64,000 nt of DNA from the NCBI GenBank assembly GCA_951406725.2, contig OX597817.1:136648001-136712000 (forward strand). Direction: 5' to 3'. The translations under genes and the position numbers were made by a program. The notes beneath the pieces were generated by a model. That model saw nothing but the letters and a program-made list of their open reading frames with translations. It ran no database searches and had not been told where the DNA came from. This stretch comes from Octopus vulgaris. Lineage: Eukaryota. Below are positions 50,914 to 64,000 of the stretch, piece by piece (positions within the stretch are counted from its first letter, which is position 1; each line of letters begins with the position of its first letter).

Positions 50914-53074
50914 TTATACACCAGAATGGTTACCTTTTAGCATGGCACTTTGTGTAGATATATATGGATAACTGTGTAGGTGTATATGCGTGTGTGTTTG
51001 CACATGCATATAAACGTACGTATTTATGAATATTTACATATTCAATCAAACTGCCCACATATACCCATATATACATAATCATGTGTAGACTGTGACCTGT
51101 ATACGCATACTAAATTGAATGTTACATTACATATTCTCCTTTTATGACTGCATCTACACACAATGTGCATATGGGAGTTACTAATAAAATGTGTGTACAC
51201 ATGCTAATGTGCATTCTGTTGTTTATTTGCAATCTGCCAACCTTCTTCTTCTTGCCCAGCCAACTTCTTCACCTCTTGAACCATCAATCTTCAGCCCTAC
51301 CAGCCAGCATGAGACATCTCTGCACTTCTTATTTGCCATCTTTTATTTTTTCTTTCCTTCTTAGTTGTGTTGACTGAAGCTTCCTGGTCAAAAAGTTGTA
51401 CTGCTGGACTGGACAGACATATTTTATATATCTGTTTGAGTGTGTGTGTGTTGTTTAGGTTGAAGCTTTTCTTGTCAAGAATACATTAGTACCGACCTTG
51501 TGTCCACCATGCTGCTGGTCTGAGCTGTCACAGTCATGTGTATGTGGATAGGTTTTAATTTGCTTATATCTGTATATGTATGGGACTGAATGTTTCTTTG
51601 TGTATGTGTGTATATAACACACAAACACACACATGTATGTATATATATATATATATACATATATATAATCAGTAATTTTCACGTTCATAAGTGGGTGTGT
51701 AGTCTGTGTATATGTGTAATTCTGAAATAAAGTATATATTTCATATTTACGTTAATTAAAATATGCATATCTTAATGTTCATTCCATATTATGCACTGTT
51801 GAGTGGTGCAACAGTTCATATACACACAACCATGCATACACTATGTGCACATACAGTTCACTGTATACATACACACTCAGAGCTTACTATATATGTGTGT
51901 CTATACACACACAACCCATCATAACAATAATCACACCAATATTTATGAAATTCTTCTTGCCACATCTAAATTCTAAATTTTCTAGAGAGACAGGTGTGCA
52001 CCTCACTCTGGCATTATCTCACCTGGTTTTTTCCCCTCCCTCACACTGTTCCACTTTATCTTCTTTCCTACTTTCTTTTTGTCTTTAATTCCATTCCCAT
52101 CCTATTTTATATTTAATCATCTTGCATGTTCTTTCACATTTTTTATTTGTTTTTTTTTTCATTCAGTTTGTTTTGTTCATTTACTTCTTTCTTCCTTTTA
52201 GTCTTTCATTGAATCTTGTTTTCTTTCTTTGCTTTGTTCTCTCCTTCATTTTCTTATTCTTCCCTTTTCCTCCCCACCTCCTTCATCTTTCCATTCTTTC
52301 TCATTTCTGCCATTCCCTCTTTCTATACATTTGGTATAGACTTTTATCTCCACATGCCTCATTCATTATTGGAGTTGTCCCCCCATTAACTTGTGTATTT
52401 CTTCTTAGATTTCTACTTTCTTTATTGCTAATTTATTCAGTTATTTTCACCTATGTTGTTCACACACACACACACTGATGTACAGGAAAAGGATTTAACT
52501 GATGTTATTGTCTGGCATGTAGCTTAAATCCTAATACTCAGTCTTCAACTTACAATAAAACAATTAACTGATGGAAGCCTGTGGAAACCCTCAATACAAG
52601 AGAAGCCAAATCCAACCACATCAAATATGGTTGTTTTTAAAATATCCTGCACAATTATTATTATTATTATTATTATCATTTCTTGTTCTATTTTCAGTTC
52701 TTTAATGTAAACCTCTTGTTTACTTTTTACATTTAACAGAAGTAGTAGAGTTAAGGTAGTTTAACATATTTCATGCAAGGAGCATTAAAAATGCGACTAG
52801 AAATAATTATATGGAGCTACCACACTCTTAGTCAATACATCTAAATGGATGTATTTATAAAGGTATCTCCATGTACAGAGCTTATGTCATAAAGATAAAA
52901 ACTCCAAATTCAAATTTTTGGTTTAACTATTTTCCATGTATCACTAATGAACATCACAACTTATCAATCATCCATTTTTTAATTTTTATTTTCTGGAACA
53001 CCATAGATTCTTGTTAATCACTCCTTACTAATTATTCAAAATAAATTATTGTCGATGGTTGTTTTTTGTCATGT

Positions 53075-53152
53075 TATCATCATCATCATTTACCATCCCT
53101 TTTCCATGCTGGCATGGGTTAGATGGTTTGACTGGAACTAGTAAGCTGGAGA
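53075..53152 (-). mobile_element. Family B tail fragment
   Basis: (CAT)n...tttccatgctggcatgggttagatggtttgactgg. Confidence 0.8.
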
Positions 53153-54049
53153 ACTTATAATGTATTATTATTGATTTTACATGGGTGCTATAGGTGATAG
53201 AATGGGATATCAAGAGGGTGTTGTTGTCTAAATAGTTGGGATCAGGGTAGCTATATGCTTGGGGTCATATGTTATAAAGAGGACAATATAAGTTACAACA
53301 TCCATTTAATTTGTATTGATAAGGATACATAAAACCAATGCCAGTCACTTATATTTACTGTACTTGATGACGCATTCTTGTCAGAGAACCCAGATTCTGA
53401 GGCTAGCATGTAATGACTGCTGGCATATATCAAGTCATAATAGTTTGATGGAATTCATTTCATCTCTCATTTGTTTCATGATCAGAAATGCATTCCATCT
53501 TCTCCATTCCTTTAACTCTGTCAATTGTCTAAATATACCAGTTACGTTTTAAAGAGAATTTGAATAATTTTAATTTGTTTGAATTTAGGAAAAAACTAGA
53601 CTCTCCAATTTAATTTCTGTATGAAATGTAACCCTGCAGGTTACTTTCTTACCCTTTAGTATAATTTTCATGTAATCAATATACAGGGTATTAGGGCTAA
53701 ATTTGATGATCTTTTATGTCTCCTTTTTTCCAAGAACAGATCAGTCTATTAGTGAATAGTCAATAGCATTGGTGAGCATAAAGATCAGTGTTGTAGTTGA
53801 GAAAAAGTTTGTTGACCTGGAGGACTAGAAGTCATCTGAATATTGGCAAAGGGTTACCTGTATCATGGTGGTTCACATCAGGTGTCAAAATGCTGACATC
53901 ACTTCTGCTCAGTGCTCTATGAACATGGTAAAGATGTGAACAGATGCAATGAAGAGTACGAAGCTATGGCCTGTAGGAAGAGAGGCAGTGGGCATTTTGA
54001 TTATGTTCATGTGCCAGAATCCATCCCCACATCTTTAAACAGGGCCTTT

Positions 54050-54397
54050 GGCTCAATTCAGATGGCTATATGAAGCTGCTGGAGACTGAAGTCAAACTTC
54101 AGCTGGAGAGAGTTGTGGCTTGAAGGCCATATGTATAGTTGCAGGAATTGGCTCCTTGTCATACCTCTACAAAATGTCAGAAGGGTTGTTGAAGAACTTC
54201 TGACTTCACCAGTTCCAATTTCTGGGCTCCTAATTTCTCTGATTGTAATCTGATGGATTGCTGTGTGTAGATCACATTTGAGAAAGACATCAACCACTGT
54301 CTGCAACATTAAGGGTGAGCTGACAGCCAAGATCAGGAAAGTGTTTGAAAACCTTCTCAGGAATGTACAAAGTAATGCATGGACCAGGTTCCAGAAA
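54050..54397 (+). pseudogene. Second DD37D/maT-like transposase relic
   Basis: RVVA*RPYV*LQELAPCHTS...DFTSSNFWAPNFSDCNLMD aligns by eye to the 18200-18360 segment. Confidence 0.7.
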
Positions 54398-54639
54398 TTA
54401 AAAAAAATTTTTTAGATAAATACTTTCATTTTTGGATTGAGTATTGTTTTCTTTTCCTTTATGCAAACTGTTGAATTTAGCCTCAACACCCTGCACATGG
54501 GGAATAGATGCCATTTCAGTAATAGAGTATGTGTCACTCTTTTTATCTGCAAAATATTTATATTGTTTTAAAAAAAAAACAAAAAGAAAAAAGCATAATG
54601 TTAGTAAGGAATTTAGCTGCCAATTTATTTGGTTGGACT

Positions 54640-54722
54640 TTGCATGTTCTTCTGACTTGCCAGCTCCTGTCAAACTGGTCAACTCATTCCAGCATGGTAA
54701 ACAGACGATTGATGAAGATGAA
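54640..54722 (+). mobile_element. Family B tail fragment
   Basis: cttgccagctcctgtcaaac...cattccagcatggtaaacagacg. Confidence 0.7.
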
Positions 54723-54845
54723 AAGTGCAGATGAAACACGGAAATGGTTAAACAAAACACATAGTAATTTGTATTAATGAATCGATAAGTCAGTATAGGT
54801 GCAACAATACATGTATTCATACTTTGATATGTGTTGTGTGTGTCT

Positions 54846-55710
<865 letters not shown>

Positions 55711-56214
55711 CATTTTTTACTTGTGATCTGTGCTCATCGTGAGACTCTGCCATTAGTTTGACAACACTTTCACCTACTTGAAACCTCCTCTGATATGTGT
55801 GTGCGTGTGCATCCATCAATCCATGCACACACGCAGGCACAGACACACAGAGGCACAGAAACACACATTTACACATGCTCGTACATACATACGTATCATA
55901 TACATGCACACTTATATATACATACAGCTGTGATGCTAGACAAGTTATTGCATGGCTTCGCCCTTTTGAGCTAAATCTATGAGAATGAGTCAAAAAAGTG
56001 TTGTGGTTTTGAAGAAAAATCTCATGAATTCTATTTCCTGTCTCTGAACTGTTTATGTAAACTATACGAACACTATGGAATTCCTGCAGTAAATCCAGTT
56101 GCATGCATATTTCTACTGTACGATGACTTCAGGTAGCCAATAACTGTGGACAAGCTTTACACAGCATTCTGCAAGGTTTCTACACAAAATGTGTAATATA
56201 TGTATTCAAAGATT

Positions 56215-56642
56215 GGGCCTGACAGAGGCAACAACAAGTGATCAAGACCTTTGGTGATATGCCGTGCTTGAGAAGACCCGTCGAGCCAAGTGAAATCGTA
56301 GTCTTGGCTGATGCCGGGGTGGTTTAACTGACCCATTAAAAACACTGTTCAATCATTGGGCGATATGATGTGCTTGTGAGGATCTTTTAAACCGGTTGAA
56401 ATCTTAGTTAAAGCTAATGCCAGTGCCGTCTGATTGGCACCAATGCTGGTGGGACATAAAGAGCACCATGTGAGTGTTTGACCTCATGGAGGCAGTGACA
56501 TGTGATCAAGGCCTTTGGTGATATACCATGCTTGTATTGACCTGTCAAGCCAGGTAAAACTGCAGTCAGGGCTGATGCTAGTGTCAGTTCAATGGCACTT
56601 ATGCTGGTGGCACATAAACAGCACCCACAATACACTCGGAGT
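56215..56642 (+). mobile_element. Family B upstream body with a ~264-bp internal direct repeat, truncated by a TA tract
   Basis: gaggca...gtgatcaag.cctttggtgatat at 56225 and 56489; ends ggtggcacataaacagcacccacaatacactcggagt, like the start of the B core. Confidence 0.7.
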
Positions 56643-56649
56643 CCCTTGT

Positions 56650-56700
<51 letters not shown>

Positions 56701-56765
56701 TATATATATGTATAGAAATAGATATGCATATATATGTGTGTGTGTGTATATATATATACCTACAA

Positions 56766-56811
<46 letters not shown>

Positions 56812-57020
56812 AAAAAATAAAACTATAAGAACAAAACATACGTATACAGATATATATATATATAGTCAAGAACTGATCATCCTCACAATTTCGCTGATAT
56901 ATAGGCCAGTCCAAGAAAACTAAGCTAAGCGCATTAGATTCTGAAGAAAGTATATATACAAACAAGGACAGAAACGGAGATGTTATACGAATATGAATAT
57001 AATGTCCCTCCATATAAATA

Positions 57021-57937
<917 letters not shown>

Positions 57938-58745
57938 TTTTTTTTTTTTTTTTTTTTGCTTGTTTCAGCTCAGAGCTGTGGCCATGGTGATGCACCACCA
58001 TTTTGTGCTTCATTGTTATTAAGAAGAACCTCCTCTAATATGTGGCACTTGGTGAAGAATGGAGTTTGACATAGCTACTCTCATTTGCACCTCTTGCCGT
58101 GAGGTAGGTTCATCTGGGACTCTCGACAGGAAGATGTCCAGCTTTAATTTAAAAACTGCTACATCTACTTTGTGCAAGTTCCTCAGACTCTTTGGGAGAA
58201 TATTAAAAATCTGTGGGCCCTTGAAACCCAGGCTGTTGCAGAAGCTGGTCCTGAAGCGTGATGGCATTGCTGGGATCTTTGGCACTATGCAGTGTCGTCC
58301 TGTTCTAGCATTGGTGTAGCTTACAATGCCAAAATTTGGCACAATTTCTTCCAGTATCTTCCAGACATATATTACTGCATACCTCTCCTGTCTTCTCTAG
58401 GCAGTAGAGTCTTAGCTGTTTCAACCTTTCCCAGTAGCTGAGCTGTTCCAACGAGACGATCTTCTTTGTGAATCTTCTGGATTGCTTCAAGGTCCGCTGT
58501 TAATTTTACACTGGTGGGTGACCATAGCTGTGAGCAGTAATCCAGGCGGCTGAGGACGAATGTCCGTCAGAGGACCATCATGGTTTCCTTATCTCTGGTT
58601 CTGAATGTTCTTAGGATCCAGCCAGCCAGTCGTCTGCACTTTCTCGCCATCCTGGTAATGTGCACTTGGAAAGAGGTATCATCACTCATGTTGATACCCA
58701 GGTCCCTGGGATTGAAATTCCCTGTGGATCGGTGTATCCTGTAAG
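57938..58745 (-). pseudogene. CR1-group LINE 3' end (ORF2 C-terminus, short 3' UTR, poly-A), 5'-truncated
   Basis: RDLGINMSDD...WILRTFRTRD...FVLSRLDYCSQLWSP...LSYWERLKQLRLY...GPQIFNILPKSLRN...FKLKLDIFLSRVPDEP; poly-T run at 57938-57957 on +. Confidence 0.9.
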
Positions 58746-58766
58746 TTTAATATTCAGTTTTGGATG

Positions 58767-58810
<44 letters not shown>

Positions 58811-58956
58811 AGGCCACAGCTCGTGAGCTGAAACTACATAAAATGAAAAAAAAAAGTGAATATATATATACATTTACATACATATATATACATATACACA
58901 TACATATATATGTATACAAATATATATATATATATACGTATATATGTATACAAATA

Positions 58957-58979
<23 letters not shown>

Positions 58980-58987
<8 letters not shown>

Positions 58988-59324
58988 AAAAAACACAAAC
59001 TGGGACAAGAACGCAACACATTTTGAAGACTCTACAAAAAACACGCATGGGACATTCGAAGCCTTCAATGTTCAGTCAAGAACTGGATCATCCTCGCAAT
59101 TTCTGCTGATTAATCTTGAAATTGCTCCAATCTGGCCCGCTCCAAGGAAAGACTAAGCGCATTAGATTCCTTGGAAGAAAGCTTCGAATGTATACAAAAC
59201 AAGGACAGAAAAACGGACGATGTTACACGAATATGAATACAAAAATAATGTCCCGTCCTTGTTTTTTGTATCGTCTTCAAAATGTTTTTCATTCTTGTCC
59301 CAGTTTGTATTTTTTTATACATAT
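58980..59324. mobile_element. ~345-bp element with ~75-bp terminal inverted repeats embedded in (TA)n
   Basis: aaactgggacaagaa...cattttgaagac...tacaaaaaaca...gggacatt is inverted at 59247-59324. Confidence 0.85.
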
Positions 59325-59325
59325 T

Positions 59326-59359
<34 letters not shown>

Positions 59360-59449
59360 TATGTATACAAATATATATATATATACATATATATGTATAT
59401 ATATATATATATATATACATATATATATACATATATATGTAAATACATA

Positions 59450-59491
<42 letters not shown>

Positions 59492-59512
59492 TGTATACAT
59501 ATATATGTATAC

Positions 59513-59545
<33 letters not shown>

Positions 59546-59558
59546 CATATATGTATAC

Positions 59559-59591
<33 letters not shown>

Positions 59592-59649
59592 CATATATGT
59601 ATACATATATATATATATACATATATGTATATATATATATATATATATT

Positions 59650-60000
59650 CCGTTCGGGGCCGGTTGCCAGCTCTGTCTGGCCCCGTGTCGGTGGCACGTA
59701 AAAGCACCATCTGTTCGTGTCCGTTGCCAGCATCGCCTGGCCCCGTGCCGGTGACACGTAAAAGCACCATCCGTTCGTGGCCGTTCGCCAGCTCTGTCTG
59801 GCACCTGTGCAGGTGGCACGTAAAAAACACCCACTACACTCGCGGAGTGGTTGGCGTTAGGAAGGGCATCCAGCCGTAGAAACACTGCCAGATCTGACTG
59901 GGCCTGACGAAGCCTTCCAGCTTCACAGACCCCAGTTGACCCGTCCAACCCATGCTAGCATGGAAAACGGACGCTAAACGATGATGATGATGATGATGAT
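59650..60000 (+). mobile_element. Family B, young, with three 60-bp modules
   Basis: Units at 59651, 59711 and 59771 (…gtgccggtggcacgtaaaagcaccat), then the B core and (GAT)n. Confidence 0.92.
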
Positions 60001-60950
<950 letters not shown>

Positions 60951-62004
60951 TAAATAATCAGTCTTACATAAAGTTTTCACTTCACTTGTGTACTCTTTAA
61001 TCAATCATCACTGATTTACATTTTATTCCTCATTGTTATCCTAATTCTTTTCATTAGTTCTTCATTTTTGTCTCGTTATTTATTTATTAATTTATTGACC
61101 AATTCATGTCTACCTTTCCCATAATCCCTATCTCACCAAATTTCAGATATTATGTTTAGTTACTTCTGTTCTTAAGGTCTCCTGGCTGTATCTGGGATTT
61201 GTTTTTGCTTTTAATTCCTTAAGTTTTTCTGTTGTGCTTAATATTCTATTGATATTCTTGCTTACAATAAGTATATGCTTATTTAATTATGTAAGTTAAC
61301 AATTGCATTAATTAATATCATTAAATACAAAATGAAGTAGATGTTTTTTTGACAAGACTGAGGGAGAGAACACATTTGATAAAATTGTGATATCATTAAA
61401 AGAACACTGTAGAGTTATCGGTTCATGGTACGTCTTTCTCTCTTATGCTATGTTAGTAGCTGATCTGTTATAAAAGTGATCAATACCTTGTCAAAATATC
61501 TACATGACTTTGTGATTGATATAGTTGTATAGCAAAAATTGGACTTGCGATTCTATAGTTGTTATTTGCAGGTCCCTTTTTAGCAAGGCTCTGTAAACCT
61601 GTTTAGAAAATTGTCAAGGCCCACATACACACACACACACACACACACACAGATATAACATAGGTAGATGATAGCAGCATGTTGACAGTGGCAGAAGAAA
61701 TTTCACTACTGCAATAATTATTGTGTACAGGGAAATAATTGCAGTGACTATCTTCATTATTCAACTAAGTCAACCTGTAATGACATCCCATCATTAATTT
61801 TAGAAATGCTCAATTATTTAAAAATCACTGAATAGATTGTATTTAATTTTTCTAAAGAATATTTATTTTCTTTTGTTTTTTTTTTATGTGATTTATAATA
61901 CACAACTTCTTATTTCTTCTAAATATATTCATACAATTTTACCATACTGGCTTATTATTGTTGTCATTACTTTTTCTTTCTTTTTAAATAATAATCCTAG
62001 TACT

Positions 62005-62215
62005 ATTAAGGTAGCAAGCTGGCAACATTGTTAGGGTATTAAAAACAAATACCCTAACAATTCTGACTCATTATGTTAGGAGTTCAAATGACGCTGTGGT
62101 CGACTTTGCTTTCATCTTTTTAGGGTCTATAAAATAAGTACGAAGCAAGTATTTACGTTGAGTGTAATCGACTAACCCCTTCTCTAAAATTGCTGAAATT
62201 GTTCCAAAACCCCTT
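62005..62215 (+). mobile_element. SINE family C
   Basis: aaggtagcaagctggca...gagttcaaat...ggtcgactttgctttcatc...aataagtac...gtaatcgact. Confidence 0.8.
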
Positions 62216-62246
62216 TATTATAATTATTATTATTATTATTATTATA

Positions 62247-62410
62247 GGCAGAGGAGTGGCTGTGTGGTAAGTAGCTTGCTTACCAACCACATGGTTCCGG
62301 GTTCAGTCCCACTGCATGGCACCTTGGACAAGTGTCTTCTACTATAGCCTCAGGCTGACCAAAGCCTTGTGAGTGGACTTGGTAGACGGAAACTGAAAGA
62401 AGCCTGTTAT
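62247..62410 (+). mobile_element. SINE family A 5' half, young
   Basis: ggagtggctgtgtggtaagtagcttgcttaccaaccacatggttccgggttcagtcccactgc...ggaaactgaaagaagcc. Confidence 0.92.
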
Positions 62411-62546
62411 ATATATGCATATATGATACCCTATGCTATTAGGATATCAGTTACCTGTGCTATCCCTGGGTATGGTATGCAGGTATGCTATGCTCGTAGG
62501 GTACAGGTAGCAACAGAATAAACAAAAGTTTATCAGGAATGAAGTT

Positions 62547-62736
62547 TAAATAATCATTAAATAGAGAAAACCTTGATCAACAAACAAACAAATTGGACCA
62601 CATCGGTAGGTTATTTTTTTAATATAAAACATGACGTTAGAATGTTATGTCATGTTTTATATTAAAAAATATTTATCAATGTGGTCCAATTTGTTTGTTT
62701 GTTGATCATAGGTTTTCTCTATTTTCTGATTATTTA
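62547..62736. repeat. Fold-back palindrome, ~88-bp arms, 13-bp spacer
   Basis: taaataatca...gatcaacaaacaaacaaattggaccacat...aatataaaacatgac / gtcatgttttatatt...atgtggtccaatttgtttgtttgttgatc...tgattattta. Confidence 0.9.
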
Positions 62737-62803
62737 TATGTGTGCATATATATATGTATATATTCACATATATATATGTATATATATATATATATATATA
62801 TAC

Positions 62804-62838
<35 letters not shown>

Positions 62839-62894
62839 CACATATGTTATATATATATATATTCACATATATATATATATATATAATATATATA

Positions 62895-63122
62895 TCATCA
62901 TCATCATCGTTTAATGTCCGTCTTCTGTGCTAGCATGGGTTGGATGGTTCGACCAGGGTCTAGGAAGCCAGGAGTCTGCACCAGACTTCAGTCTGATCTG
63001 GCAGTGTTTCTACAGCTGGATGCCTTTCCTAACACCAACCACTCCATGAGTGTAGTGGGTGCTTTTTACGTGCCACTGGCACACGTGCCAGAAGAGGCTG
63101 GCAGCGGCTACGATCGGTTGGT

Positions 63123-63125
<3 letters not shown>
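62895..63125 (-). mobile_element. Family B
   Basis: (CAT)n-cgtttaatgtccg...ctacagctggatgcc...gtagtgggtgctttttacgtgccac. Confidence 0.9.
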
Positions 63126-63171
<46 letters not shown>

Positions 63172-63284
63172 TATATATTTGTAATATAATATGTGACAAT
63201 TATTTGGTTACCATGATAAAACTCAGTATTTTGGATGTCAGGGCGGAAACCTGCACCAGCATCTCTTCAGTCATCGAGGCAAAC

Positions 63285-63330
<46 letters not shown>

Positions 63331-63455
63331 GTAAATATACGATATATGTATGTATATATAGAGATAGATAGATGTATATATATATATATATATAGATAGA
63401 TAAATAGACAGATAGATAGATATATGTATATATATATATATGTGTGTGTGTGTAC

Positions 63456-63490
<35 letters not shown>

Positions 63491-63649
63491 TATACCACCA
63501 CTACAGACATACATTAATACAAATGGTGGCACAAAAATATAACAAACTTGGGAACAGTTGTTTGCCAATAGCTATGACTTTTATGAGAAACCTGGTCGAA
63601 TTTCCTGTGATTTTGATGACAACAACTATAACAATAATACTTAGTGTAA

Positions 63650-63995
63650 GTAAAGAGTAGAGCAACAAAACAACCACACTGTGGGATGTGCTGATACACA
63701 TATAGTGGGGTGGGTGGTGTTGTGAAAAGACATTGTTGTCAAGACTATGAAGAAAGGAATGCTTTTATAGTCAATGTCTCAACCACCATCAATGGTAATG
63801 TTTCCCTAAAAGAAACAGAGAAATAACCTAAATATGAAGATTGGGAAATAGAGATAACCTGGCTGTTAGTTTTGAGAACTGAGAAAATCTCTATAATGGG
63901 TGTCTTGAGAACAATTAAAAGAAATGCAGACAAATACGTAACCAGGAGCCCCAGGACAAAAGAAAATAGTGCAGCCAAGTGCTATATGCCAAGTA
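63650..63995 (+). pseudogene. R4/Dong-like non-LTR retrotransposon, restriction-like endonuclease relic
   Basis: Hand translation: TTLWDVLIH...DIVVK/DYEERNAFIVNVS...NVSLKETEK*PKYEDWEIEI...MGVLRTIK, matching the ILWD..RPDIVV..IDV..KE.EK..KY.DL..E..GALG pattern of RLE domains. Confidence 0.7.
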
Positions 63996-64000
63996 CGTAT

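Noticed and set aside
50311-50940. 209-aa hydrophobic ORF
   Set aside because: Built from CT/CA repeats and T-rich low-complexity DNA; no domain motifs
53150-53450. Possible Penelope RT fragment on minus (TPSI..LP, PILSPI)
   Set aside because: Too few residues across several frameshifts to support
55940-56150. Possible Tc1-like ELN..EN..W remnant
   Set aside because: Motif too degraded and no TIRs found

Overview
AT-rich, microsatellite-saturated eukaryotic DNA. The SINE repertoire and long (TA)n/(CA)n/(CAT)n/(TAT)n tracts look like an Octopus (coleoid cephalopod) genome; this is inferred from repeat families, not proven. No intact protein-coding gene is visible, and nearly all ORFs in the track are microsatellite or SINE read-throughs. 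The window looks like a large intron or intergenic region. It holds about 40 copies of three to four SINE families (labelled A-D here), decayed LINE fragments (two CR1-like, one L2/Jockey-like, one R4/Dong-like RLE), a Penelope-like GIY-YIG relic, Tc1/mariner relics, MITEs (hAT, piggyBac-like, pogo/Tigger-like), several long fold-back palindromes and three minisatellites. Most notable items: (i) a 209-bp retroposon with a 12-bp TSD and (CAA)n tail carrying an HDV-like (L1Tc/ingi Pr77-type) ribozyme fold with essentially no P4 (21272-21480, minus); (ii) a LINE/SINE pair sharing a 3' tail with a covarying stem-loop; (iii) several degenerate Penelope-type hammerhead motifs and fold-backs; (iv) three candidate host exons (69, 25 and 11 nt) that splice into one open frame. 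All coordinates were read by eye, and repeat boundaries are approximate.
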